Of a DNA stretch of 60,569 bases, positions 19,939 through 29,165 are shown piece after piece. Each line of letters begins with the position of its first letter. Within the stretch, counting starts at the first letter, position 1. The notes beneath the pieces were generated by a model that saw nothing but the letters and a program-made list of their open reading frames with translations, did no database searches and had not been told where the DNA came from. The DNA is taken from the NCBI GenBank assembly GCA_036558805.1, contig DATBEX010000049.1, positions 1 through 60,569 on the forward strand, read 5' to 3'. This DNA is from Candidatus Udaeobacter sp. (lineage in GTDB: Bacteria; Verrucomicrobiota; Verrucomicrobiia; Chthoniobacterales; UBA10450). A program made the position numbers and the translations under genes.

Positions 19939-20010
19939 GAGCCGGCGGGAGGAATCGAACACTCCATCTACTGATTACGATTCAGTCGCTCTAACGTTAA
20001 GCTACACCGG
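19939..20010 (-). tRNA. tRNA-Thr(CGU)-like gene with non-canonical D loop and T stem
   Basis: Hand fold: acceptor GCCGGTG/CGCCGGC, D stem GCTT/GAGC with loop AACGTTA (single G), anticodon stem ACTGA/TCAGT, loop ATCGTAA, T arm GGAG(T)G-TTCGATT-CCTCC (bulged T). No encoded CCA. The 5' 14 nt overlap the end of CDS 19997..20983. Confidence 0.55.
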
Positions 20011-20983
20011 CGAATTTATTGCGTTGTAAGGTGATGTTGCTGGAGATTCTTTTGTGATACCAGTCTCTGCAACTTAGAGCTAGATAAAGAATGGGCTCTG
20101 GAAGCAATCCGCTAACGCCTCGATACAAACGCAGTCGAACAAATAGTTCGCCCATTGGAGTCAACGGAATGTAATACCTGGGAAAGTTAACTTGCTGGAA
20201 ACCGTTCCGACGCTTGAATTCCACCAGTGAACTCCGACGTTTGTTGCCATAGATGAATTTCCCATAGATCAGTTGCGAGATGGTCTTTTGCTCGCATACC
20301 TCGGCCGCTTTTGCGATCAGCGCGTTTTGCGGTCGTTTGTCATAATGTTCGTCCATCGAGATGATATGAAAAATTGTCGCCGCATCGTCAACGTAAACCA
20401 TTTTCAAGAAGCCAATAAGTTCGTCACCCAGATACGCACCGATAAATTCACTTCGATCCAGATACGTCGCAAGACTTTGCCTTACGCTACCAACGTCCTT
20501 CCCATAGTGCCAGAAGAGCCTTCCGTCTCGTATCTGAATGCTGTTATAAATTCTGTGGACTCCCGTGACCAGATCATCATCAAATGGTACAACTTTCACG
20601 ACCACACCACGCCTGCCCGCGCGTCTTACATTCTTTCGCGATACTTGAGATAAATTTTCCCACCAGTCCTCAAAACGAGCTGTGGGTATTGCAGCCCAAT
20701 TATCCCAGTCCCGGTGATAATCATATTTTGGCATGATCTCAGGTGGCTTTTGCGCAAAAGTAAAGAGGTCAGCTCCCAGGGGGCTATCCTTTAGCTTGGT
20801 AATAAACGAGTCAGGGTCTTCTACAGTCACCCCCTCTATCGCGTTTTCATCCTTAATTTCCGCCGTCTTGATCCATTTGCCCGTCACTATAACTGTCCGA
20901 CCACAGATCTCGGTTGACGGGACATTGAGTGTCTTACCGCGGACGCGGATTTCTTCCATTTTGGCGTTGGCGCAGCTATCCAT
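19997..20983 (-). CDS. FemAB-superfamily / Acetyltransf_6-like GNAT-fold protein
   Basis: 328-aa ORF. FEDWWENLSQVSRKNVRRAGRRGVVVKVV .. YLGDELIGFLKMVYVDDAATIFHIIS .. NALIAKAAEVCEQKTISQLIYGKF fits the BioF2/CelD/FemAB-like acyltransferase pattern (from memory). Confidence 0.6.
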   Translation of the reverse strand: MDSCANAKMEEIRVRGKTLNVPSTEICGRTVIVTGKWIKTAEIKDENAIEGVTVEDPDSFITKLKDSPLGADLFTFAQKPPEIMPKYDYHRDWDNWAAIPTARFEDWWENLSQVSRKNVRRAGRRGVVVKVVPFDDDLVTGVHRIYNSIQIRDGRLFWHYGKDVGSVRQSLATYLDRSEFIGAYLGDELIGFLKMVYVDDAATIFHIISMDEHYDKRPQNALIAKAAEVCEQKTISQLIYGKFIYGNKRRSSLVEFKRRNGFQQVNFPRYYIPLTPMGELFVRLRLYRGVSGLLPEPILYLALSCRDWYHKRISSNITLQRNKFAGVA

Positions 20984-20992
20984 TGGTTTCTG

Positions 20993-22924
20993 TTAAGATG
21001 CGATGCAAACAGCATCCATTCTTTTTTGAGTGGCAGGGATTAGTTGCTCTCCTTGCGACCAACTCCGACGCAACCATTGCTCGAGCATCACGATGCTAAA
21101 TAGAAGCTTGTGGTTATCCTGGCGTCCGGACTGGTGACTTTCGAGCAGTCTTCGCACGGGACCGGGATTGAGCAAACCAAACATAAGTGAGCTTTCATCC
21201 ATAAGCACTTCCCGAAGTGTTCCGTTAAGCGAAGAGCGAAACCATTGGTCTACGACGTTGGCGGCGAAGCCGCGTTTTTTCGCCTTTAGAATTCGCGGCG
21301 ACAAGTACCTCTGGCAAATCTGTCGGTGCAACCATTTCCGGGTTCCATTGCGGACTTTAAGATTCGCGCCGAGCCGTTGCACGTATTCCACCACGGTGCG
21401 ATCAAGGTACGGCACGCGGACTTCAAGACTGTGTGCCATGGATAACTTGTCCCCATACATGAGCAGCTCGTCAGGAAGCGAAGAGCGAATTTCAAGAAGC
21501 TGAAATCCGCCGAGCTCATCGGTGTGTTCCATTTGTGGCCGGAGTGCATCCCAATACTCGACCAACTCGTGGCGGTCTTTATCGGGAAGAACATCCTCGC
21601 GAAAAAGTCCGTCTATTGTTTCTGGCGACGCGAGTGAAAAAACATCTTGATAACGCTTCAAACGATCCGCAGCGCTTAGTGAACGAACACCACGCTTCAA
21701 TGTTTCATTCCGCGGCAATCGATTCACAGCAAATCCGGCTATCGATCGGAGACCGGCCGGCAGCCCGCGCCACAAATTTCCATAGTGGACACCCAGGTGC
21801 CGCGTATAGCCACCGAACAACTCATCCGGGCCCTGACCGATCAAGGCAACTTTTACATCCTGTCGCGCGCGTTGCGAAACGAAGTACATTGGAACGATCG
21901 ACGATGTCGCAATCGGTTCTTCCAGACATTCCACGATTTTCGGGAGTGAGCGTTCAAACTCAGACTGGTCGAGCTTAACCCTTATATGCCGTGCCCCTAA
22001 AAGGTTGGCGGTGACGGCGGCATCGGTTAGCTCGTCGTCTTCGAAGCTCTCGCCGTAGCCTATCGTATAAGCTGGCCACGGCCCACCTTGTTCGTTCATC
22101 AACGCCAGTAGCAGGCCCGAGTCAAGACCGCCGCTTAAAAGGATTCCGACGGGCACGTCACTAAGCAAATGACGCTTAACGGCACCTCTGTACAACTCGT
22201 GCAGTTCACAAACGGCTTCTTCTTTTTTCTTGGAAGTCGGAAAAGGGGTCGGGATGAACTTGTACCAGCGTTCTTCGCGGCATTGGCCTTTCTCCGCAAC
22301 TAGCATCGTACCGGGCGCCAACTTCCGAATGCCTTGGAATATCGTTAAAGGAGAAGGCGTATATCGGAACCTGAGAAAGAGATTCAAGGCTATAGGATCG
22401 ACGGCGGGTCGCGATTTTTGCGCAGCCAGAATCGGTCGGATTTCAGAACCAAAGGTTAAGGTTCCATTGTCGATCTTGTAATAGATGAGTTTGATGCCCA
22501 TGGCGTCCCTGGCCAGGACTAGACGTTCCTTCTGCACATCCCAAATAGCCAGACCGAACATGCCGTTAAGGCGATTGAAAACATCCGTGCCCCATTGCTT
22601 GTAGCCGTGGATGATCACTTCCGTGTCAGAACTCGTCCGAAATTGATGGCCCTTGCTTTGCAACTCTGTTCGCAATTCTTTGTAATTGTAAATCTCGCCG
22701 TTAAAGATTACCCAGACGGTTTCTTGCGCGTCCGACATCGGCTGATGACCGCCGGCGAGATCGATGATTGATAATCGTCGGAAGCCAAGACCCACAGGCC
22801 CCGCGATGAAGAAACCTTCATCGTCGGGTCCGCGATGTGCGATAGAACGCGCCATCCGCACGATCGTCTCGCGCTCCACGGGCTCGTGGCGCTGGAAGTT
22901 AAACTGTCCTGCAATGCCGCACAT
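20993..22924 (-). CDS. Asparagine synthetase B-family glutamine amidotransferase
   Basis: The ORF track gives 20993..23119. The canonical Ntn start MCGIAGQFNF is at ATG 22924. PP-loop LLSGGLDSGL is present. Confidence 0.9.
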   Translation of the reverse strand: MCGIAGQFNFQRHEPVERETIVRMARSIAHRGPDDEGFFIAGPVGLGFRRLSIIDLAGGHQPMSDAQETVWVIFNGEIYNYKELRTELQSKGHQFRTSSDTEVIIHGYKQWGTDVFNRLNGMFGLAIWDVQKERLVLARDAMGIKLIYYKIDNGTLTFGSEIRPILAAQKSRPAVDPIALNLFLRFRYTPSPLTIFQGIRKLAPGTMLVAEKGQCREERWYKFIPTPFPTSKKKEEAVCELHELYRGAVKRHLLSDVPVGILLSGGLDSGLLLALMNEQGGPWPAYTIGYGESFEDDELTDAAVTANLLGARHIRVKLDQSEFERSLPKIVECLEEPIATSSIVPMYFVSQRARQDVKVALIGQGPDELFGGYTRHLGVHYGNLWRGLPAGLRSIAGFAVNRLPRNETLKRGVRSLSAADRLKRYQDVFSLASPETIDGLFREDVLPDKDRHELVEYWDALRPQMEHTDELGGFQLLEIRSSLPDELLMYGDKLSMAHSLEVRVPYLDRTVVEYVQRLGANLKVRNGTRKWLHRQICQRYLSPRILKAKKRGFAANVVDQWFRSSLNGTLREVLMDESSLMFGLLNPGPVRRLLESHQSGRQDNHKLLFSIVMLEQWLRRSWSQGEQLIPATQKRMDAVCIAS

Positions 22925-24233
22925 TCGGTTCAGCGGGTTGGGAAACGAGGGGTAAAAATTGCTGGTCCATAACATTCTCGGCGCGACCCCTGTTATCTGT
23001 CGCTCGACGTGTTTCGGACAAATAAAATGCAAGGCTTCGAAACATCTGGGACTGTCCCCAACGATGCATCGGAACGTTATCCCAGCCCAGGTGTAATTTC
23101 CGGGAGCGGAACGATCCATCGCGCTTTACCCACACTTTCAAAATGTGTGTAACGACCTTTTCCAAAGTTCCGTCCAGTTCTGGAAAGCGATCACGCAGCA
23201 GCAGGCACAGGTTGATACACTCCGCCCAATCGTAGAGCTCGCGTTTGTAAACCGTCAACCGGGGGGCTTTGGAAAAAGGATTCGGCAGACCATCGTCGTC
23301 GAAAAGATTCTCAACGTAATACTTAATCCCTTTAGAAAGTGCCTCCTTACACGGCTCGTACCCGGTCAAAACGAAGATCTTCGCGATGGCTTTCATTACG
23401 AAACAGGTATGGTAGTGGTCGATAAAGTCTCGTACTCCATCCATAGCATAGAACCACGAACCATCCGGATTCTGGCTCTCTAAAACGAAATTCAAATTTC
23501 GTTCTGCGATTTTCCAATACTCCTCGTTGCAAAGAACTTTGGATGCACTAGTGAGCAGGAAAGCGCGATAGGCGGCAGCGTTAACAACTCCGCCTTTATC
23601 GAATGGCGTATAGGAAGAGCTGCTGGCATGTTCCGACGTTTTGAAATCCTTAATATCAGCAGCGGCATGTCGCGCAATCGATTCGACGACTACTTTGCAA
23701 TCGCTCTCTCCTGTCAGTTCGAACATCTGAAGGAACGCTTCGTAACAATATGGAGTCGTCGTAATGAGTGGCGTTTGTTCTTTGATTGTGCCGTTGCGGG
23801 TGACCCAGTTAAATGGATAACCCCAGCAATATTCCTTGAAGTCAGGGCAGCGCGATTTTTTGAGCTCGGTTAGAAAATGCATCGCGTTTTCCAACTGCGA
23901 AGAATCTCCGGTTGCCTGGTAAAGGAAAGCAAAGCCCATCGCGTAATGAGCGTCCGCGATTGGAAATCGCATAGGGTGATGAAATAGCCGTCGTCCGGTC
24001 GGCAGGAATGCTTCGCAGAAAATCATGGGGGCAACAGCTGCTGTCCCGACAAGCCCATGGCTATAGTAGAGTGCCTTGGCTCGTCCGCCGACGGGTCCAG
24101 CGAAGAAACTTTGGTAATCCCATGATGCTTCACCGTAGCGCTCCAACCAATCGGTGAAGTTGGCAAGGACGCGAGAAACGGCTTCTGCAAGCTGTGTATT
24201 CTCAGACGTGATGGATCCGGATTTCTGGTTCAT
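22899..24233 (-). CDS. Cytoplasmic (alpha/alpha)6-toroid-like protein of unknown function (six-hairpin glycosidase/epimerase-like)
   Basis: 444-aa ORF with no signal peptide. ESQNPDGSWFYAMD and HRWGQSQMFRSL motifs recall six-hairpin toroid enzymes. The function call is weak. Confidence 0.45.
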   Translation of the reverse strand: MNQKSGSITSENTQLAEAVSRVLANFTDWLERYGEASWDYQSFFAGPVGGRAKALYYSHGLVGTAAVAPMIFCEAFLPTGRRLFHHPMRFPIADAHYAMGFAFLYQATGDSSQLENAMHFLTELKKSRCPDFKEYCWGYPFNWVTRNGTIKEQTPLITTTPYCYEAFLQMFELTGESDCKVVVESIARHAAADIKDFKTSEHASSSSYTPFDKGGVVNAAAYRAFLLTSASKVLCNEEYWKIAERNLNFVLESQNPDGSWFYAMDGVRDFIDHYHTCFVMKAIAKIFVLTGYEPCKEALSKGIKYYVENLFDDDGLPNPFSKAPRLTVYKRELYDWAECINLCLLLRDRFPELDGTLEKVVTHILKVWVKRDGSFRSRKLHLGWDNVPMHRWGQSQMFRSLAFYLSETRRATDNRGRAENVMDQQFLPLVSQPAEPNVRHCRTV

Positions 24234-24274
24234 TTCGCGTTCTTTCGTCTCTTGAATTGACGGTCACGGCGTCC

Positions 24275-25192
24275 TTACGGCGCCTGCTGTTGACCGATTT
24301 CCGAATAAAAGTTGTTGATCTTTCTGAACTTCAACAGCGTAGAGAAAATGTTCCGCAGCTTTTTCATCTGTTCGCGGCGATGAAATCGCATCAGTTCACG
24401 GGAGACCGGTCGTTCTACTCTTCGGGTGGCTGCCCAACAGTAACCGGCAAGAAGGGCCGCACCATCGGATGGTTGCTTTGTTGCACGGTAAGCGACACGA
24501 AAGAGCTGCCACAAAGGTGACCCGCCCAGGTAATAGTCCTTTTCGCCATAGGAAAAGCTGGCCGCCATTCTGCTTCGTCCCGCCGTGCCCAGCGTTCTAT
24601 AATGATGGAATCGCTTTTCAGGAAACGACCGCGTTTTCCATCCTTTCATCCGCGCCGTAGTAACGGCAATCCAGTCAACTCCTCCCCCTGGGTTAGGGAT
24701 GTAACCACCTACTTGCTCAAAACACTGCCGCCGGAAAAGCTGGCATCCTCCAGCTACATGGTTTTCACCCTCGAAGCTATCGCGAGCAGTGTCGTAACCA
24801 TCATCTTCGGTGAATGGCGTCCCGGCTACTCCAAGCTTGGGGTCTTCAGAAAATTTCCGCATCAAAAAACTCAGGTATTCCGGATCGAACGAAATGTCGG
24901 CGTCGAGATTCCCGATTACGTCAAAATCTAGGGATCCAATTCGCTCCAGACCTGCGTTGAAGGCGCGGACCTTGGCTCCAAAATGCCGATCCAAACGCGG
25001 TGAACGGTGAACAAGCTGGATCCAGGGAAAACGCCGTGCATAATCGGCAGCGATGTCGCCGGTCTTGTCGGTCGAACCATCGTTGACGATAATCCAGCGT
25101 TCGGGTAACAACGTTTGGGCGGCCATCGACTCGAGCGTCTTCGGAATGAAACGCTCTTCATTGTGGGCGGGAGTGATCAGGACGTACTTCAT
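24275..25192 (-). CDS. Glycosyltransferase family 2
   Basis: 305-aa ORF. MKYVLITPAHNEERFIPKTLESMAAQTLLPERWIIVNDGSTDKT and NLDADI. Confidence 0.85.
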   Translation of the reverse strand: MKYVLITPAHNEERFIPKTLESMAAQTLLPERWIIVNDGSTDKTGDIAADYARRFPWIQLVHRSPRLDRHFGAKVRAFNAGLERIGSLDFDVIGNLDADISFDPEYLSFLMRKFSEDPKLGVAGTPFTEDDGYDTARDSFEGENHVAGGCQLFRRQCFEQVGGYIPNPGGGVDWIAVTTARMKGWKTRSFPEKRFHHYRTLGTAGRSRMAASFSYGEKDYYLGGSPLWQLFRVAYRATKQPSDGAALLAGYCWAATRRVERPVSRELMRFHRREQMKKLRNIFSTLLKFRKINNFYSEIGQQQAP

Positions 25193-26352
25193 GACGAATG
25201 ACCGATGACTGACAACGGAATATCGAAGGGAGTGGCGTTTCGCCTGGTTTTTACGGTGTTTTGGCTAGCTTCAGGTTTTCGACCACCATAGATTTGGGCG
25301 AAGATCTCATCCATGATACGGGCGGTGAGGATGATTTCGCGGTAAGGGATAGGCGGTGGGCTGCTAAATCGGACGCTGTTGTAAAAGCGCTCAATAAGCT
25401 CCTTCATTCCAGAATCCTGGTGAAGCCGCTGCCGAACAAAATTGGTGACGTTGACACGCGCGTTCCTGAGATGCTCGCCGGCAGCCCGAAGCGGTGGTAT
25501 GAAATAAGTTAGATAACTCTTACAGGGTCGATTTTTATTTCGAACAACACTTCCGCTGCTGTGATCGACAGCGATAGAACCTTCTGGGCCGTAGAGGCGC
25601 AGCTGGTTGAGCCCTTTTAGTTGTGTCGAAAAACAGAATGATGCAGTCCTACCTGTTTTGTCCCGAAGCAATACCCTTAATTCATCCAGGATCCGTTCGT
25701 CACCCAAGCTCTTAAGTCGTGGACTTTGGCCTCCAATCGCCTTGATGTCCGTGAGATCGTCATCAAGAAATTCAGCAAGCTTCGCTACTCCATGACTGAT
25801 AATATTGTGGAGCAAGCCACCCGGCAGTTTTCGCACCCAATGGCTTTGATTTTGCAAAAGCCCTTTTGCGTATGTCGCGTCGCCCAGGTCGTAGGAGAAA
25901 TAACTCTCTAAATGCGCCGGCTCTCCGCCCAATAAACCCTCCTTGATCAAGCGCCGCATTTCCAGCATCTCAAGCGTGAACTGGAGATTGTGTCCCGCGG
26001 TGATCCTGACATTTTTGCGTTCTGCCAGCTCGATCAACGATTCTGCCTCTTCGCTGGTGACTGTAAAAGGTTTCTCCAGGTAGACGTGGCTTCCCGCGTC
26101 GAGACATTCTTTCGCCAGGCTGTAGTGACTCTGTGGCGGCGTGGTGATGTGAACAACATCAGGTGAAACGGCTTTCAACATCTCATGGGCATTGGAGAAA
26201 ACGCCAGGAATTTTGAAACGCTCGGCAAGCTGCTGCGCCATGAGAGGCTCCTGATCGCAGACTGCAACGATGCTGCAATCCGGAATTCGCCGAATCGCGT
26301 GTACATGCTGGTCAGCAATCTTCCCGCATCCGACTATAGTGACACGAAGCAT
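25189..26352 (-). CDS. Gfo/Idh/MocA family oxidoreductase
   Basis: The ORF track gives 25189..26562. I prefer ATG 26352 (MLRVTIVGCGKIADQHV), 5 nt after the upstream stop. The stop overlaps the next start as ATGA. Confidence 0.8.
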   Translation of the reverse strand: MLRVTIVGCGKIADQHVHAIRRIPDCSIVAVCDQEPLMAQQLAERFKIPGVFSNAHEMLKAVSPDVVHITTPPQSHYSLAKECLDAGSHVYLEKPFTVTSEEAESLIELAERKNVRITAGHNLQFTLEMLEMRRLIKEGLLGGEPAHLESYFSYDLGDATYAKGLLQNQSHWVRKLPGGLLHNIISHGVAKLAEFLDDDLTDIKAIGGQSPRLKSLGDERILDELRVLLRDKTGRTASFCFSTQLKGLNQLRLYGPEGSIAVDHSSGSVVRNKNRPCKSYLTYFIPPLRAAGEHLRNARVNVTNFVRQRLHQDSGMKELIERFYNSVRFSSPPPIPYREIILTARIMDEIFAQIYGGRKPEASQNTVKTRRNATPFDIPLSVIGHSS

Positions 26353-26357
26353 CCTGA

Positions 26358-27410
26358 TCAGTTCTCGGCGTTTGTTGCGAACTGGGCAAGAAACGTTTCC
26401 ATCGCTTGCTTCATTGGCACCCGCGGTTTCCAACCGAGGCGTGTCTTGAGTTTCGCGTTCGAGTAGCGCTGACTTTTCCAATTGGCTGCGCAGCGTCGAC
26501 GGTTGAAAGCCGGCGGAAGCTGGCCCTTTGACCAGGTCGAATATTTTTCCCAAGTATAGCATGCGCCATAAGCGACCCAGTAGGGAACGTTAATCGAACG
26601 AAGACGTCTTGCGACCTTGTAAGTTCTGAGAAACTCCCGAGCAGTGAGAAGGTCGTCATCAACAATATTGAAAACTTCACCATCGACACCCGGTGTGAGC
26701 GCAGCGAGGACAATTGCTTCGGCGCAATTATCGACATAGGTCAGTGGCAAGAGATTCGAGCCGTTTACCTGGATAAGCGGTCCGAGAATCTTGATCCCGA
26801 CCCGTCCGTTTAACTCCTGTTTGCCGGCTCCGAAAACGTAACCCGGTCTCAGCGTCACACACGGCAGGCCGCAACGTTTTGCGTATTCCCGGACAATTTC
26901 TTCCTGTTTAAGTTTTCCAAAACCATAAGCGTCAAATCGTTCCTGCGGCGCCGTTTCCAACGGGCAAGTTTCATCAAGGAGACTTTTGTGCTTTAGATTC
27001 AAATTCGAATAAACTGCAAAGGAACTGACATTCACAAACCGCTTTGGCTTTCCAACTTCGAGAAACGCATCCATCAAATTGCGCGTCGCCAAGGCAGAAT
27101 TCATAAATGCTCCGGCGAACGACTTCTCGATCCCGGCTGCAAGATGGATGATTATGGAAACATCCTGCGTGGCCCTTCGGCAGTCCTCGCGTGAAAGCAA
27201 GTCCCCGGAAACCAATTCGACAGTTGTGGCGTTCGAATGCTGGCTGAGAATTTTCTTGAGATTTTCAAGGTTACCTGAAGGGCGGACAAAGCAGCGCAGG
27301 TTAGTGGGACAATATTCAAGAAGACGCTCGACAACCTTTGTCCCGATGAAACCGTTGGAGCCGGTGACCAGGACGCGATCAGCTGGTTCAACTAAAGGTT
27401 TTGCATTCAT
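26358..27410 (-). CDS. NAD-dependent epimerase/dehydratase (SDR family)
   Basis: VLVTGSNGFIGTKVVERLL Rossmann motif and YGFGK (YxxxK). The ORF-track start 27446 is a TTG; ATG at 27410 (MNAKPLVEPADRVLVTG) is preferred. Confidence 0.8.
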   Translation of the reverse strand: MNAKPLVEPADRVLVTGSNGFIGTKVVERLLEYCPTNLRCFVRPSGNLENLKKILSQHSNATTVELVSGDLLSREDCRRATQDVSIIIHLAAGIEKSFAGAFMNSALATRNLMDAFLEVGKPKRFVNVSSFAVYSNLNLKHKSLLDETCPLETAPQERFDAYGFGKLKQEEIVREYAKRCGLPCVTLRPGYVFGAGKQELNGRVGIKILGPLIQVNGSNLLPLTYVDNCAEAIVLAALTPGVDGEVFNIVDDDLLTAREFLRTYKVARRLRSINVPYWVAYGACYTWEKYSTWSKGQLPPAFNRRRCAANWKSQRYSNAKLKTRLGWKPRVPMKQAMETFLAQFATNAEN

Positions 27411-27446
27411 CAGCTTAGCTCGGCCGTGAGGGTGAATACTTGCCAA

Positions 27447-29165
27447 TTAATAGTTGGGCGCAGGGGATTCAGCCGTTTCGTTCCCCGAGCTCTCTTTGTC
27501 TCCGCCCCACCTCCGCCTTTTTATCTTTTTAGCCTTTTTTTCGTTAGTATAGCTGTGGGGCGCCGGTGACGTGCTTAGTGCGGGCTGCGATGGAGATGAG
27601 GACTTAGTGAGCGGATGCGGGTAGGTGTACGGCGTGTATCCCGGCATCGGAGTGTTATTGAAATAATGCACATTGGCTCGTACGCCCGGTCCCGCGCTGA
27701 AATTAACTTTTCCATTAACTTCATTGGTGTTCTCCCACGAGTAGCACGGCTCGGTCACTTGATTGTTCCATGCAGCAGGTCGAACTGGCGATTCGCCGGT
27801 GATCAAAGATCCGCGCGCCCTGCCGGGTTGATCCAAGGCGTGGTCTACTTTACGAACTTCAAGAGAGTCGCCTCTGCAAAACGACATCGACGGCGGCGTC
27901 GGATAACCAGGGTTACTCCCGTAACTGATCGAATTTGATGTGTTACTCAGGATCCAACCGAAGTTAAGACTACCGGACTTACAATTATCACTGGTTCGGC
28001 GCAGGGTGTATCCTGCCCATTGGTTCGTTCTCCAGTTGGCTCCGGAGACGGTTACGCTTGTGCCGGAGCTATTAGCGGCTGCCGTTCCTGTGAAAAAGAC
28101 AGTGGGATCATTCACGTCCCACACATTGGTTCCATCAGAGCCGCCCCAAGGCTGAAACGGGTAGATGTTTCGATAATTTTGAAGATCGAACGCGGACAAA
28201 TTTCCCGAGTACCCATTAACTGTATTGTGGTGAAACAACGTGCCGCCTGAACGTGATCCGCCTAACTGTGAGTTAAGGTTAGTCCCAGTGTAGTTGTTAT
28301 TGTAAATCTCCATTGCCCTACAGCCACGCGTGCGTCCCGTGCTCTCAGTGCCATGATTCGTTATAAGGCTGTTGAAAATCGTATTGTGCCGAACAACAAA
28401 TCGCGCTCCCGCGTATGCGTCTATCATTCCCTGCAAGTTTTTCTGGCTATGTGTAAAGGTGTTGTCCTCGATGAATAGGAATTGGGACGAACCGTAATCC
28501 GTCGGCGCAGCCCACGAACCATCACCATAGTCCTGTCCATCCCAGTGTGAACCGTAGGGGTAGACCGCACAGCCAAATTTGTCGAGCACGAACGTGTTGT
28601 GATCTATCACACCGATCACGGTATCGAATACCGCCCCGCCTTTAAGATTATTCCATTTGCAGTGGTCAAAACGAAATGTAGAGCCGTTGGTGTTTGATCC
28701 ATCAATATGCAGTATGCCACCCGGCGCATCTATCGTGTTTGCTCTACCTCCGTCCTGAAATTCAACCCCCGTCAGTCGAGAGGCTGAGCCGGCAGGCAGC
28801 GTCCATCGAATCAGTTGTCCGGATTGCACACCGTCCCTGATGATTGTAGCGCCGACACCGGCTCCCTGGATCGTGATCGCTTTTTTGATTTGTAACGTGC
28901 GAGTCCAAATGGTTGTTCCATTGGGTATCGTTATAATGTCGCCATTGGCCGCCGAGCCGATGGCCGCCGCAACATCGGACTGTGATATACTCTTCGCGTT
29001 AATTGTTGTGGCTGCCGGCAGCCCAGAAGCAGTGAGGATAAAAGCGGCAGCAACTGAAACGAGAGCCGTAACGCGCGGTTCCAGACCGGCGGAACGGTGG
29101 AGGTTCCGCGCCAGTCTACGGTTCGTCGGCATATACCAGTTCGCTGCTCTCTTCCGGGCTCTCAA
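27447..29165 (-). CDS. Secreted right-handed beta-helix-like protein, paralogue of 5984..8218 without FG-GAP repeats
   Basis: 572-aa ORF collinear with the first ~520 aa of 5984..8218 (ITIQGAGVGATIIRDGVQSGQLI, FRFDHCKWNN, FIEDNTFTH, VVRHNTI, MEIYNNNYTG). Ends in a Lys/Arg-rich tail. Alternative start at 29132. Confidence 0.75.
   Translation of the reverse strand: MRARKRAANWYMPTNRRLARNLHRSAGLEPRVTALVSVAAAFILTASGLPAATTINAKSISQSDVAAAIGSAANGDIITIPNGTTIWTRTLQIKKAITIQGAGVGATIIRDGVQSGQLIRWTLPAGSASRLTGVEFQDGGRANTIDAPGGILHIDGSNTNGSTFRFDHCKWNNLKGGAVFDTVIGVIDHNTFVLDKFGCAVYPYGSHWDGQDYGDGSWAAPTDYGSSQFLFIEDNTFTHSQKNLQGMIDAYAGARFVVRHNTIFNSLITNHGTESTGRTRGCRAMEIYNNNYTGTNLNSQLGGSRSGGTLFHHNTVNGYSGNLSAFDLQNYRNIYPFQPWGGSDGTNVWDVNDPTVFFTGTAAANSSGTSVTVSGANWRTNQWAGYTLRRTSDNCKSGSLNFGWILSNTSNSISYGSNPGYPTPPSMSFCRGDSLEVRKVDHALDQPGRARGSLITGESPVRPAAWNNQVTEPCYSWENTNEVNGKVNFSAGPGVRANVHYFNNTPMPGYTPYTYPHPLTKSSSPSQPALSTSPAPHSYTNEKKAKKIKRRRWGGDKESSGNETAESPAPNY

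Noticed and set aside
19876-20060. Looked for an integrase, transposase, direct repeat of the tRNA 3' half or other island boundary next to the tRNA-Thr-like gene (and next to tRNA-Gln at 58667..58740)
   Set aside because: No recombinase-like ORF and no duplicated tRNA fragment were found by eye. An island boundary cannot be claimed from this window.
22925-23119. 65-codon N-terminal extension of the second AsnB-like ORF
   Set aside because: Ntn amidotransferases must begin Met-Cys. MCGIAG at 22924 is the functional start, and the extension overlaps the upstream gene.
26353-26562. 70-codon extension of the Gfo/Idh/MocA ORF (also 38064..38210 for the FemAB-family ORF and 57766..57855 for sufB)
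   Set aside because: These are longest-ORF artefacts that overlap upstream genes. Internal ATGs directly precede the conserved N-terminal motifs.
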